Shown: positions 1-13,243, numbered from the stretch's first letter. The stretch is 64,000 nucleotides of DNA from Octopus bimaculoides (GCF_001194135.2 NC_068999.1:36277493-36341492), one strand, 5' to 3'. The notes: generated from the sequence alone by a model not told the origin. A program made the numbers and translations.

Positions 1-146
1 TGAGAGTGGAATTGGATAGACTGAAACTACAAAGAGCTTGGAACAAATCGAACAGGGTGAACACGTGGTATAAAACCGACAAATACCAAGGTGGTGGTGG
101 TGGTGGTGGTGGTGGAAGGTTAGTTCAAGCACAAAGATATGTATAT

Positions 147-187
<41 letters not shown>

Positions 188-192
188 CGTAT

Positions 193-352
193 ATTCGACG
201 GATATCTTTCCGTTTCCGTTTGTCAAATCCACTCACAAGTCTTTGGTCGCCTCTGTCCGTAGCTATAAAAGAATACATTTTCCCAAGATGCCGTGCAGTG
301 GGACTAGACCCCAAAACATGTGCTTGGGAAGTAGACTGCTTCCCCTGCACCT
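193..352 (-). mobile_element. SINE family S2, 5' half
   Basis: Reverse complement matches the 5' half of the copies at 34350-34730 and 54960-55312 (agcttgct..cagtcccactgc..gggaaaatgt..ctatagc..gaccaaag..gtgagtggattt..acggaaac). Confidence 0.8.
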
Positions 353-732
353 TGTTCATAGGCTTATTATATAATTCCTTTAGTTCGGACACTTAAAACC
401 TAATGAGCAAATATTTCAGTTGACCGAACTACTGCATACGACTTACTCTCCGTCGAAACAGACGGAAATCCATTTGCTCTTCATCTTAACACCCACGTCT
501 CGTTGTCATTCTGTGAATATCTATTGTCCAATGTCTATCTTTAAGTGTCTTTATTCAATAGTCTATTCTCTAACACCTTCATGTAATTGTGATTTAATTG
601 TGAATCTTTATTGTTCAATGTCTTCCTTCATAATAACGGTGTCACCAATCTTTAATGTTTTTGCGTGTTTAGAAATGTTATAATATATAAATTCTGCTTC
701 TGGTAACAATTCAACACACATACACACATCAT

Positions 733-803
733 GTATATATGTTTGTATGTATGTTTGTATGTACGTATGTATGTATGTATGTATGTATGTATGTATGTAT
801 GTA
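733..803. repeat. (TATG)n microsatellite
   Basis: Direct tetranucleotide run. Confidence 0.95.
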
Positions 804-1169
804 TGGAGATACTGAATGATATAACACAAAATGTTTTTAATCAATTCTCAATTTATGGTGAATTTAATTTACTTCATTTAATTTACTTTGTGAAAGTATA
901 GCACCTATTGCATTGCTTTTGTTCTCTTTGTCCAGTTGATAGACAAATTTCAAAATTTCGATTCCCTAAGGATTTTTGTTTCATTCATTAAGTACAATTC
1001 TACATGTCTGTTATATCAAACCACGCCGTTGATGTATTTGAGCTATCTTCCTTGTTTAAAATGTTCTTATATATATACAGATATGCCAGTGTAGAGACAC
1101 AGAGTCATGGGTTTGTTGGTAAAAAGCTCTTTTTGCAAACATGCGGTTGGTTGGTAGAAACTTGTATAT

Positions 1170-1475
1170 GTATGTGAGCGTCTCACAATCACGAGGTAGT
1201 GAGTTCAATTCCCGGACCGGGTTGTGTTTTGTGTTCTTGAGCAAAACACTCTATTTAACGTTGCCCCAGGTCAGAAATGGGTTGCGAAGTCACTGGAGCC
1301 AGGCTGTATCGGCCTTTGCCTTTGCCTTGGATAACATCGGTGCCGTGGAGAGAGCAGGCTGGTATGCATGGGCAACTGCTGGTCTTCCATAAACAACCTT
1401 CCCCGGACTTGTGCCTTGGAGGGAGGGGAACTTTCTTGGTACAACTCCATGGTCATTCATGACCGAAGGAGTTCT
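1170..1475 (+). mobile_element. tRNA-derived SINE family S3 (tail variant b)
   Basis: B-box-like gagttcaattcc, central cttgagcaaaacact motif, and tail ctggtatgcatgggcaactgctggtcttccataaacaacc shared in inverse orientation with 62630-62950. Confidence 0.8.
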
Positions 1476-1499
1476 TACCTTTTATCCTTTGTGAGTGTC

Positions 1500-1652
1500 T
1501 ATGAAAGAGAGAGAGAGAGAGAGATAGAGAGAGAGAATGTATGGGTGTGTGTGTGTGCATGTGTGTGCATATGTGTGTGTGCATGTGTGTGTGTGCATGT
1601 GTGTGTGTGCATGTGTGTGTGTGCATGTGTGTGTGTGCATGTGTGTGTGTGT
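1500..1652. repeat. (GA)n followed by (GT)nGCAT compound micro/minisatellite
   Basis: Direct inspection. Confidence 0.9.
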
Positions 1653-1675
1653 ACTAAGTGCGTGTTTGAGTTTGT

Positions 1676-1800
1676 TCTCCATCACCGTCGCGCAACCGGT
1701 TTGTTTTGTTTGTGTCCCCGCAACTTAGTGTTTACACTAAAAGATAACAAAGAATAAGTACCAGACTTTAAAAAATATCTCCTGGGGTAGATTCGTTTGA
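1676..1800 (+). mobile_element. SINE S2, degenerate 3' half
   Basis: caaccgg..gtccccgcaacttag..agaataagtaccagact..tcctggggtagattc resembles the 3' half of S2 at 34570-34700. Confidence 0.6.
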
Positions 1801-1804
1801 CACT

Positions 1805-2470
1805 GTTAGGTGCCATTGATCCGCTTCTTTAGGTGAAGACCCAATGACTTCTCCTAGTTACATTTTGCTCTAATATTTCCTTGTATCTTCTTAGCGCAGT
1901 GCTGATCGTCTCAGGGTCCTTTGTGTCGTACAATGTTACTGTGACGTCGTCCGCATATGCAACCACGGATCTTCCGCGACCTAGTTCCCACAGGAAGTCC
2001 ATCGAAACCTCCAATTTCCGCAGGAGTAGCTCTACATAAATTATGTACAGAAGAGGAGGGTTTGAGCCACACATGATGGACCAGATGCATGATACTGAAC
2101 AGTTCCAATAGGTGGCGATGTGCTCCGATAGCCAAGCAGACGCCACTGTACACTGAAGCGATCCAAACTCTGAAGACAAACTCAAAACCAAGTGCTATGA
2201 GAAGAGCAACCAAATGTTGACGGTCACTGTATCGAAAGCTTTTGACTGATCAAATGTGATCAGGCCCCCACCCATGCCAGTGTCTTTACCCTTACTCTCT
2301 ATGACATATCGCCCGGGGTGGAAGCTGTTACGGACTGACATTTTTGGGATGGAATATGTCTGCACATCAACGATAAGACTATCAATAACAAATGCCAACT
2401 TCTTGGCTATTATCTTGGACAAAATCTTGAACTTTGCATTCGGCATTGCTACAGGCCAAAAATTATGAAA
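1805..2470 (-). mobile_element. Degenerate Tx1/L1-clade LINE reverse-transcriptase fragment
   Basis: Minus-strand frames give KILSKIIAKKL..QTYSIP..LITFDQSKAFDTV and VVAYADDVTV, the RT D..KAFD and YADD motifs, broken by frameshifts. Confidence 0.85.
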
Positions 2471-2659
2471 TAGTCCCTCTTCCTCGGGTCTTTTTTCAAC
2501 AGCACCTCTACACGACCGGTCACAAGACTGGCAAGAATCCTAGTCTGCTACCTGTTGCAGATACAATGATGAAAGGCAAAGCTGAACACGGCAGCATTTG
2601 ATCGCGGAATGTGAAAAGCTAAAATAAATACCATAAGGCCTTCTCTCCAATTATTAGAT

Positions 2660-2830
2660 AATTTCACATGTCTCCTGCTCTGGGTTAGTCCTTTATTTCA
2701 GTAACCCTTGGAAAGATGAAAGGCAAGGCTAGTCGTGGCAGAATTTGAACTCAGAAAATAGAAGCCAAAATAAATATCGCAAAGAAGGTTGATTAATAAT
2801 TTAACGATTCTGTCAAGCTGCTACCTCGGG
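2660..2830 (-). mobile_element. SINE S1, degenerate (a second partial copy lies at about 2535-2630)
   Basis: gatgaaaggcaagg..gaatttgaactcagaa..aacgattctg is the reverse complement of the S1 head and middle. Confidence 0.65.
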
Positions 2831-2962
2831 CGTCAGACGTGTTACCTTTTGTTTCCATTATTGCTATGGACAAAACACGCTAACAAGCAAATATAGAGAC
2901 AATTGCTGCAGTGTTTCTATTTCTAGCTCCTTTCGTACCTGAAAATTAAAACATTGGACAAC

Positions 2963-3114
2963 TTTTCTCCTATATAGTAGGCTACTGTTTAAATAGGATA
3001 TAACGTTATAAAATTAATATTTAGTACGTGAAAATGAAAACACAGGACTAATTTTCTCCTATATAGTAGGCTACTGTTTAAAATAGCAAATATTGTTATA
3101 AAATTGATATTTAG
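2963..3114. repeat. Local direct duplication of about 62 bp (2963-3024 and 3052-3114)
   Basis: ttttctcctatatagtaggctactgtttaaa..ttataaaatt(a/g)atatttag occurs twice, offset 89 bp. Confidence 0.9.
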
Positions 3115-3199
3115 GAATATTTTCTGAAGGTAATTAGAGAAAGTAATGATTGAAATATCATGTCAACAATACATCAGAGATGAGAAATAATCCACCACT

Positions 3200-3860
3200 A
3201 ACTCCACCCACAAAAAAACCATCATATAAACCTCATGTTAGAAAACACATAATGACAGTTATAAAGATTTGAGATGAAATGATAATATGGCAGAAGCTTT
3301 TGATCAAACTGGAGATATTTGACAAAAATCTAATGCAACCCATAATTTGTCAGATAAACAGAATTAATAAGGTTTAATGCAAAGATGGTTTAATCCATTA
3401 ACAGAGACATAGATAAAGCGGACACATATCTTTAAGATAATCTAGAACAAGTGATTATTTGACATACAAAAGGTATGCTTATAAAGGAGCTTCTACGTGG
3501 TAACTCACACGGCACTAAATAGCAGTTAAATCACAATTAGATCAAACAATACCACCTGAAAAGAGAGGATAAATTAAATAATGTTGCCTTGACACAGTTT
3601 GAAGATATACACAGGTTGACAAGGATACGATTTGACCAAGGACTAAAGAGCAAAACACATCTGCCAAAGATGAAGAATGAAAAATATAGGTAGATTTGTT
3701 AAGTGTGTGAGAGACAGAAGCAAGAAATAAAAGTTATAGCAGGTAGTTACCTGGAAATGATGTAATGTGGATGAATGAGTCCTTTGTGGAAGTAATATGG
3801 TCTTGATGTTTAATAATAACAGAATCACGGATAAATACAGGTGCATACATCTCTGAAGTC
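3200..3860 (+). mobile_element. Possible highly decayed R4/Dong-like LINE C-terminal (post-RT/endonuclease) fragment
   Basis: Stop-riddled frames give DIDKADTYL, QLDQTIP, DKDTI and NESFVEVIW in the order expected for the R4-type post-RT region. Motif match by eye only. Confidence 0.35.
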
Positions 3861-4719
3861 CCACGCAGTATCCATGTAGCAAGTTTTACTATAAAGCATT
3901 GTTCAATCCGAAGCTATAGTAGGAAATACTTAGCCAATGTATCAGGTGGTGGGTTAGAACGCGTAACTATATAATCGGGGAACAAACTCCTTAAACCACA
4001 CAGCTATGCCTAAATCTAAATCTATGCGCTTAAGATTTTATGCATATATATGAAGATTATATACATCATAGACGTGTGTCTGTGTGCGTGTGTGTGTGTG
4101 TTTGAGCGTATACATGAATGCATGTGTGTGTGTGTGTATGTCTGTATGTTTTCTTTCATATTTAAAGTTCATCTTCATGGAGTTCAAGCCAGTCGCTAAC
4201 AAGGTGACATGACCTTTTGAGTTAAGACATTTCTCACGGTTTGTAAATATGTGGTTGAGTTAGTGCACTTATTTCTCTGTAGTCATATCGCTTTAGTACT
4301 TTGGTGCTCGTACGCGTGTGCGCACGAGCGTGTGTGCTTGATCTCCTTTTACATGTGTTACTTTGTCGATGCATACAACCAAGTATGTGAATAACTTTCT
4401 TTAAAGTATTCCAAATGTAGAATCTTTGTAATGTCTTACACATTTTTGCCGTATCGCAAAAAGTTTTCATTTGGAGGATGCACATTAGTTTCTTTTCCTT
4501 TTTCTGTGAAAACCTAAGAATTTTTAGGTTTTTATGCAAATCCGTAGCTACATAGCCTATTGCACCTTTGATGATATCAGACTTAAGGACAAAGTCCTCG
4601 ATATGAGAAATATGAATAATTTTTACATTTACGATTAAACAAATGCAACTTTGAGAAGTAATATTGATTTATTTTGTTGTTACAAACTTACAAAAATATT
4701 AGAGATCTTTGAACGACAT

Positions 4720-4850
4720 TGAAGGGTCAAAATACAATGGTAACACTGATGGAATTTGATCTCACAATGTAAGGCAACAGACGCTAAACAACACAGTACA
4801 AAGTTTTTAATGTGGCACTTCACCGATTCTGCCAGCCATGGAACCCTTTA
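4720..4850 (-). mobile_element. SINE S1, degenerate 5' part
   Basis: gaatttgatctcacaatgtaag..accgattctgccagc is the reverse complement of the S1 head. Confidence 0.6.
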
Positions 4851-5579
4851 ACTATAGAAGCCATTGAGATAATGTGCCTTAGGCGAAAACATTATCGAAT
4901 TTCGCAAAGTCTGTAGAATCAATAAGAGAAACTGAACAAGACCAGATTGTGTTTACTGAAGAAAACTTATTATGGCGTGACTAGAATTTAAAATTAATGA
5001 GAATTGCTATTTTAGTTTGAAAATAGAATTTTCTAAACTATTCTTCTTTTCTTAAATTCTTCTCCCATAAAATATAAAAGAATAATAATTTACATAAATA
5101 TACCCGAAGACTCATGCTGATTTAACTGACTTTATCATAAATATCACGCGTGAATGAACAAGCTTCGAACTCACGCTCCAGGAGCTACGAGTCATTAACT
5201 GCTGAATCGTCGTTAAATCTTTCCTTCAAAGAAAACAATATTTTAAATTTACTCTACAGTCTCATCAAGACAAATTAACCTTCAGATGATGAACACGTAA
5301 ACAATTCTGTGATCCTCGGACCTGGATTACAAATTAACAATGTAGTTTATTTTAGTAATAAACATTATAAACCACGAGCAGGGGAGGAACTCTACCCTTA
5401 GCTATCTTCTGTTCTGATGCATGGAGGAATAACTCCGTGATTGTTTGATATTGTCTGAGCATTTTAGATGGAAATACTTGCAGTTGAATAGTGGAGAGCT
5501 TGTTTGTTTGTTTCTTTCTTTCTTAGAGTGGTAGAGTTTTAAGGTTGTTTGTTGTCTTTTATTTTTAAAGTTCTAGATT

Positions 5580-5790
5580 AGAACAGATGAGGTATATCTA
5601 TGATGAGAAAGGTTTTAGAGATTATCATTTCCACTTCCCAGTAGAAAACATGATTTCAGAGGATATTCGGCCGGTATTTCTAGCGGAACAGGAAACTACT
5701 TACGGAGCCATCTGGTGACTCAATCTTAGGAAGAGGCGACGTTAAGGATGGCGTGATGTTGTTGGTTTGATATAAAAAGTTAGTTTACCT
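5580..5790 (-). mobile_element. Possible decayed CR1/Jockey-type RT N-terminal fragment
   Basis: Minus frame NITP..PLPK..PD.S..*KYRPNIL*..EMIIS resembles the IPIPK..NYRPISL..E.II motif. Confidence 0.35.
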
Positions 5791-7817
5791 TGGAGGAATA
5801 AAGTCTTGTAGTAGTAGCTGAAGAGTCAGAAGCGGTCACCCGTTATTAGGACTGCTTCATACACACTTTGATTAGAAACTAACAATACACACACACACAC
5901 ACACNNNNNNNNNNTATACACTCACACTCACAAACACACTCACTCAAACACACATAATGACTCAATAAAGAGTCGTGCAGATGAAGACAAAATACTAAAA
6001 CTTCGTATCACCTGAGATGTGAGTTAAGAATTGTATAGAATAAAATATGAAGAGATTACCTTGCCAAGTTAATGTACCAATCATTTTGAAGCTGTGAAGA
6101 AACTTAAAGCCTCCAAAGCCAAAGTAATAAAATATGATAATCAATTATATCAAACTAATAGAAAAACAAATGTCAACCAATTTAGCTGTCGGTATAATGT
6201 GTAACGGTCATAGATGAAACTTAATACAGCTTTCTGGTTGTCACAGTAACACTTCACAGGCTGCCGTTGAATAGTAAGCCAGCTATCATGGTTGTTAAAT
6301 AGCTAACCATCATTCTTGATATCTGAATCTTTCCTTCTTGTATCATTAACGTCGTTCCCATAAAACTAACATTTACAACTTTTAATAACCTTTATTCACA
6401 CACGCACAGACGCACGCACAGACATACATACGAACATTTATGTGTGGGTGTCCGTTTATGTACACACATACACATATATAAAGCCACACACAAACACACA
6501 TACACACACACGCACACACATATATATATTACATACATATATCTTTATATATACGCATATGCATACAAGTGATGTATATATATATATATATATATATATN
6601 NNNNNNNNNNNNNNNNNNNNNNNNNNNNNNNNNNNNNNNNNNNNNNNNNNNNNNNNNNNNNNNNNNNNNNNNNNNNNNNNNNNNNNNNNNNNNNNNNNNN
6701 NNNNNNNNNNNNNNNNNNNNNNNNNNNNNNNNNNNNNNNNNNNNNNNNNNNNNNNNNNNNNNNNNNNNNNNNNNNNNNNNNNNNNNNNNNNNNNNNNNNN
6801 NNNNNNNNNNNNNNNNNNNNNNNNNNNNNNNNNNNNNNNNNNNNNNNNNNNNNNNNNNNNNNNNNNNNNNNNNNNNNNNNNNNNNNNNNNNNNNNNNNNN
6901 NNNNNNNNNNNNNNNNNNNNNNNNNNNNNNNNNNNNNNNNNNNNNNNNNNNNNNNNNNNNNNNNNNNNNNNNNNNNNNNNNNNNNNNNNNNNNNNNNNNN
7001 NNNNNNNNNNNNNNNNNNNNNNNNNNNNNNNNNNNNNNNNNNNNNNNNNNNNNNNNNNNNNNNNNNNNNNNNNNNNNNNNNNNNNNNNNNNNNNNNNNNN
7101 NNNNNNNNNNNNNNNNNNNNNNNNNNNNNNNNNNNNNNNNNNNNNNNNATATATATATATATATATATACACACACGTGTGTGTGCGTGTGTGTGTGTGT
7201 GTACAAAAATGAAAGTTGTTGATCTGCCTGTTAGAGCTGCCAAAATGTAAATAAAAGACATAATGACATGTGACAGGATAAAGCAAGACACGAGAAAGTA
7301 TGGAAGATTTAATATCTTCACAACTCATTTTTAATGATAACGACCGTTGGAAAAAAACAAAACAGATACGTAGTTTTTGCTGTCTCATATATTAATGCTT
7401 TAACATCATAGCAATATATTTCTTGGCCAGTAAGCTTGATGACAAACCAGGGACAATAATCTTTGTTCTACTGAGTTCTATGTTTCGACGTCAGACCTTT
7501 TTTCCACTCGATATTTTAATCTCTTTATCATTTACGTTTGTGTTTTCGTTTTCGTTGAACCTTCGTACGATATCTTCTACTCGGTAACTTTTTTTCTGGT
7601 TCCCAAGACACCATGTATCTAATTCTTACGTCTAGTTTCTTGATACGTTTATCGGCTGGGTGTCAAATCCCTCCTCTCTACTGCATAAGACGTTGATTGA
7701 GTGATCTAACGTAGGAATGTTTTGCTACAAAACGATGTTATTAGAAAAAATTATAAATTACAAAATGAAAATTATATATAGATAGTTAGATAGATAGGAA
7801 ACGAAACAATTGTTTTA

Positions 7818-8020
7818 AGCGTTTCAGTCATTTGGCTGTGGCGATGCTGGAGCACCGTCTTACAGGGTTTGACTCGAAGAAATCGACACCAAGACTTATT
7901 CTTTGTAAGCCTAATACTTAATCTGTCGGTTTCTTTAGTTGAAACGCTAGGTTAATGGGACATAAATACAGCAACGTCGGTTGTCAAGCGATGATGAGGA
8001 GACAAACAGACACAAAGACA
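7818..8020 (-). mobile_element. SINE S2, 3' half
   Basis: gtttcagtcatttg..atgctggagcaccg..gacttattctttgtaagcct..ggttgtcaagcgatg is the reverse complement of the S2 tail. Confidence 0.85.
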
Positions 8021-8057
8021 CATACATATATATACATATATATACATATATATACAT

Positions 8058-8166
8058 ATTCTTTTCTACTCTAGACACAAGGCCTGAAATTTTGGGGATG
8101 GGGGCCAGTCGATTAGACCCATCCCAGTATGCAACTGGTACTTAATTTATCGAACTCCGCCGCCTT
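8058..8166 (-). mobile_element. SINE S1, internally deleted copy
   Basis: S1 head (aaggcggcg) is joined directly to the tcgataaattaagtaccag..gtgtctagagtagaaaagaat tail. Confidence 0.8.
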
Positions 8167-8200
<34 letters not shown>

Positions 8201-10593
8201 NNNNNNNNNNNNNNNNNNNNNNNNNNNNNNNNNNNNNNNNNNNNNNNNNNNNNNNNNNNNNNNNNNNNNNNNNNNNNNNNNNNNNNNNNNNNNNNNNNNN
8301 NNNNNNNNNNNNNNNNNNNNNNNNNNNNNNNNNNNNNNNNNNNNNNNNNNNNNNNNNNNNNNNNNNNNNNNNNNNNNNNNNNNNNNNNNNNNNNNNNNNN
8401 NNNNNNNNNNNNNNNNNNNNNNNNNNNNNNNNNNNNNNNNNNNNNNNNATATATATACATATATATACATATATATATATATATATTAAAGGAAATAGAG
8501 AAATACAATTGACATATTAAAGATTTATTTACATTATAATATAATATGATTATACTGTAAAAAGATATAATATAACAAATAATTAAAACAAATGTAAATC
8601 CAACAATTTGTTTCGACTCACATCCACTAGTGAATTTATAAAAATTCACATTTATGCATATGAGTCTCCTCAGGGCGATATTTGTTTTTTTTTTTAGAAA
8701 AAAATGCAGACAATAATTACATGCAAGGACTGCTAAATTATGAAAGAGACTGATTAAAATATACGTATCTTTACAAGCATTATCGTTAATAATTCAAAAA
8801 TATAATTAATATAATAAAAACAAAAATAAAATTCAAATAGATGAAATAATTATGTAAAGACAATTTACAACGGTCATAAAATGTTCTTGTAGATCTCCAA
8901 TAATATTAATCTACAGATATTTTAATCGAAAATAATCACTGGACATTTTATTATATAATAAGCTCTATATATGTTAAAAATTTATGGTGGAGTAGGAAAT
9001 ATATTTTATCTAAAATTACTATATACAATGATGAAAAAAGATAAATAATTATGGCACTAAATTCATTAAAAAAATGTTTAATCACTCAAACATTTCTACT
9101 AAATATGCCGATGTTAAACAAATGTATAAAGTTACGATGATTATAAACAATACTATTTCTTAATAATGATAATATAAATAAATAAAGTATCAGAATTTTA
9201 CTTAGTTTTACAGACAGAAAGAAATTAAAGTAAGCCAATACTTTTACTATTCTATAAATTTTTAATGTGTATATAAGTTCGAAAGAACATAATATGATTA
9301 TATATACTAAATATTATAGAGTTTACAAGAAATATTAATATATGCATAATTATTTTTAAAAATATATAATTATATATAATAATTATTCTAGTCTGTTTAT
9401 TCATACTAATATAAACATTATTCTTAGTGAGTAACAAGTGAAAAACACAAATTTACTTAGTTTATCAGAGGAAAACACCACCGTAAATTAATTAAACAAA
9501 TGTATAAAGCTACAATTATTATAAACTACGTTATTTCTTACATAAAAGTGATCATATATAAAGAATATTTATATAAATAATATAAAGTGTGTATATATAT
9601 AAAGTGTATAAGATTTAGATTTAGATTCAAAATTGAATATGGTACTTATGTTTAAGCACCAGAATATAGTATGGTATTATCCAAAACCATTCTAAAAGCA
9701 AGGTGATCAAGAAATCAAAATAAGCAACACGGATTTTAAAGATGATTGCAGTACGCACGTTTCATGCTACTCCATTTATTTAAGTAATGCGAGCATTACA
9801 TTAAATGCAATGTGTAGAGCAATCTTCAGCTGCACGAAAGTGTAGAAAATTACAGTAGAATAGACATATTATAATTGTGGCAACATTTAAAATCCAAGTC
9901 GGAAGAAGAATACATAAAAATCTATCTTGACATAGCCAAGGCTAGCAGGCTACTAATTAGTTCTAGGTAGAATTCTACTGTCTCTGATTTTATTGTCTCT
10001 TATCTAGTATAGTATAAGGGGCAATCACTTCTAAGGAAAGGGAAGGTGTCAGCATTATACATGGATATGGTTATAAAGGTTTCCCTGGTCAGAGTGGCAA
10101 CACTATTTTAGGTTGGGTTTTTGTTTTACTGCTATCATAATGCTGGGGAATTAGACCTTAAGCATTTAGGTCAACAGGGCTTTTTTCTTTAGTCTGAATA
10201 AAGCATCAGTATTGTTTTACATATACTAAGTATAGGAAATTTATAGATATCAATATTAGCTTAATTAATATGTTAATAATAAGAAGTATGTTAATAATAA
10301 TAAAATTGTTAATAATAAAATGCAATTAGTTTATACAAAAACCCTGAAGTAGTGTCAATTCTGAATTCAAAGGCTATAGATAAGGTGTAACGTTTAAGAA
10401 TATTATATATATTGGGCTCAGAAAACTATTTTGAATAATTTTAAAATAAATTATTAAAAAAAAATTAAACTAATATATATAATAATACTATTTAAAAGAC
10501 ACATAAAAGGTAAGCTTTATTTTTATGATGTAAAGAATACACGCACACGCGCACACACACAGACACACACACACACACACAGACAGACACACA

Positions 10594-10805
10594 CAGCAGC
10601 TAGGTGGTAGAATCGTTAGTACGGCAGACAAAATGCTTAGCGGAATTTTTGCGTCTTTACGTGATGAGTGCAAACTCTGCTGAAACCGCCTTTGCCTTCT
10701 CTCTCTGCGGTGTCGATAAGATAAGTACCAGTCAAGTACTGAGATCGATGCAATAGACTTATCCCTCCCCCAAAATTGCTGGACTTGTGCCAAAATGTGA
10801 AACTA
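10594..10805 (+). mobile_element. SINE S1
   Basis: gtagaatcgttag..aaaatgcttagcgg..ataagtaccagtcaagtactg..aaattgctggacttgtgccaaaa. Confidence 0.85.
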
Positions 10806-10942
10806 ATTTATTACCTTTTAGGGTGAGACCAAAATTCATATAAATATCAGCCTATTTATTCATTCATATATTTATGAGTAATCCAAACCATAATTACTGC
10901 TAAAATATAAAATATCGAGTGGGTTACATGTGTGCGTGATTA

Positions 10943-10974
<32 letters not shown>

Positions 10975-11540
10975 GCGTGTGTGTGTATGTGTGTGTGTGT
11001 GTGTGTATGTGTGTGTGCGCGCTGAGCCCTATATATTTTAGTTTACCTCTAAAGTAAGGCCCCCACGAGCATCTTTTCAACAGCTCAGTCAGGAATGAGG
11101 CAGCCAATGGGTATAATGCCTCCCGGCAGTATCTATTTTGACTTTCGGCGCTTTGAATTCGAATCCCACCGTAGTCACCTTTATCTTTTTTCTTCTCAAG
11201 GCCAATAAAAAAACATCGCAAAACATGATGAGATACCTAGCTGTATCTTTTCCGGCTTTTTGTGTTTTGAGAGCAATGCTTTTGCAAAATCTACTGCCAA
11301 TTTGGTGGTTTCGGGATTGGATAAACTTCGATGGCGTGAAGAGCGGGTACTCGCAAGCTTGGACATCTGCTAGTTTTCTTCAAATATTCTTAGCGAGGAC
11401 TGCATATTCCATGTTCATTTGAATGGTCAACATTATTCGACGGAAGCCCCTACATACGTTGATGATCAAACTGACTATTAGGCAGATTATTTTTCGCAAA
11501 GAAACACATTTATTTACATGTTAATATGTAAACTTCACAA

Positions 11541-11752
11541 GAAGACGAGCTGGCAGGATCGTTCGCACACCAGGCAAAGTGCTTAGCGGCATTTCGTCCG
11601 TCTTTACGTTCTGAGTTCAAATTCCGTTGAACGTCAACTTTGCCGTTCACCCTTTGAGATCGATAAAATAACGATCAGTTGAACACCGATGTCGATGTAA
11701 TTGACTTATTCCCACCCCCGAAATTGCTGGCCTTGTGCCAAAATTTGAAACT
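11541..11752 (+). mobile_element. SINE S1
   Basis: gagctggcaggatcgtt..gcttagcggcatttcgtccgtctttacgttctgagttcaaattcc..ggccttgtgccaaaatttgaaac. Confidence 0.9.
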
Positions 11753-12779
11753 ACTATGTAACCTACTATAATCAGAAATTTAGGACGGAGCGTAAAGTAC
11801 ATCCTGATACATTGTTAAATAGCAATGAAACCAGTGATTCGCTCTTCAGTCCAAGTTGCCATTCTGTTCGGTTTAATTTCCCAGAGAGAAGAAATACTTA
11901 AGTATATTTATGTATTCATAAGTGATGCTGTATTAATATCCAATATGTTCGCACGGTAGATATATTTAGTTTGGAACAAAGAAATACGAAAGTTACCAAA
12001 AGTAAACATTCTTCAACGATTAGTACACTTATGTGTTATTCATTCCACTTCAATAAATGGCCTTCGCTTTGATAAAACAGTCTTACAGATGATGTGTTTC
12101 ATGCTTCTTAAGATAGATGCTGCTGGCCAATGTCTCAGGAACTTCCTTTCTTTGATAGCAATTCTTAATTCCATCAATATGTAAATGAGAAAACATGGTA
12201 GGAATGAAACACAAACACACTTTGAAGAGAATATTACTGTAAATCAATTTCGTTGTTTTACTGGTTTAATGTGTCTACTGCAGGGATTTGGCAGTTATGT
12301 TAACACCAACAGAAAGACAACCCAATTATTGTGCTAGGTTACCTATCTTGCTGGAAATAGCAAACAAATATTCCTCAAATCATATCCTACTGTCTCAAAA
12401 AGAAAGAATATTGAATAATATGGTTCAAGATACAGTGCGTCTCAAAGTACAAAAGAGGATGGACGCGATGGAAATAAATTTTGGACATAAGTTTTCTTGT
12501 TCAAAGCTGACTTGAGGTTAAATAACAATATAAACATCAATATCAACAATGTAGCGAATATAGCCTTTACATAGCTGCTCGATCTGCTTGAAATAGCTGC
12601 CAAGTCCAACAGTGCGCAGCTCACGATTTCTTTAAAAGAAGGACATAGGGAACAATGTAGTTCTAGATAAAATATTTGTAAAAAAATAAAGAGAGAGGGG
12701 TCACACTTGGAAAAACTTTGACTTTAGTTCTACCTAATCAGCCCTAACGTAGGGTTAAACAACAACAGCAATAACAACT

Positions 12780-13045
12780 GGTTTCAAATTTTGGTACTGG
12801 GCCAGCAAATTCGGGGAAATGGGATAGTCCATTACATCGACTTTCAGTACTCAGCTGGTACATATTTCATCGAGTCGACTCCGAAAGGAAAAAAGACGAT
12901 GTCGACCACGGCGCTCATTTGAACGCAGAACGTAAAAACCGAGTCGATTTTGCTTTCCATTGTTTCGGGGTTGAGTACTGGGGTTGATGCAATCGACTTG
13001 CCCAACCGTCCCGAGCATACTGGCTTTGTGCTGAAATTTAAAACC
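12780..13045. mobile_element. Two 5'-truncated S1 SINEs joined head-to-head (minus 12780-12938, plus 12939-13045)
   Basis: gtttcaaattttggtac.. on the left and ..ctggctttgtgctgaaatttaaaacc on the right are inverted S1 tails. Confidence 0.7.
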
Positions 13046-13061
13046 AATATGTTTTAACACT

Positions 13062-13120
<59 letters not shown>

Positions 13121-13196
13121 NNNNNNNNNNNNNNNNNNNNNNNNNNNNNNNNNNNNNNNNNNNNNNNNNNNNNNNNNNNNNNNNNNNNNNNNNNNN

Positions 13197-13243
<47 letters not shown>

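Noticed and set aside
608-660. KIGDTVIMKED resembling the BEL/Pao integrase C-terminal motif
   Set aside because: Single short motif with no flanking integrase or LTR evidence.
3660-3800. VRDRS..LPG..VDE resemblance to a Merlin/IS1016 transposase
   Set aside because: Requires several frame changes, and an R4-like LINE reading explains more of the region.
4230-4660. Possible DNA-transposon subterminal region with a 101-aa ORF
   Set aside because: No TIR, second copy or recognisable domain seen.
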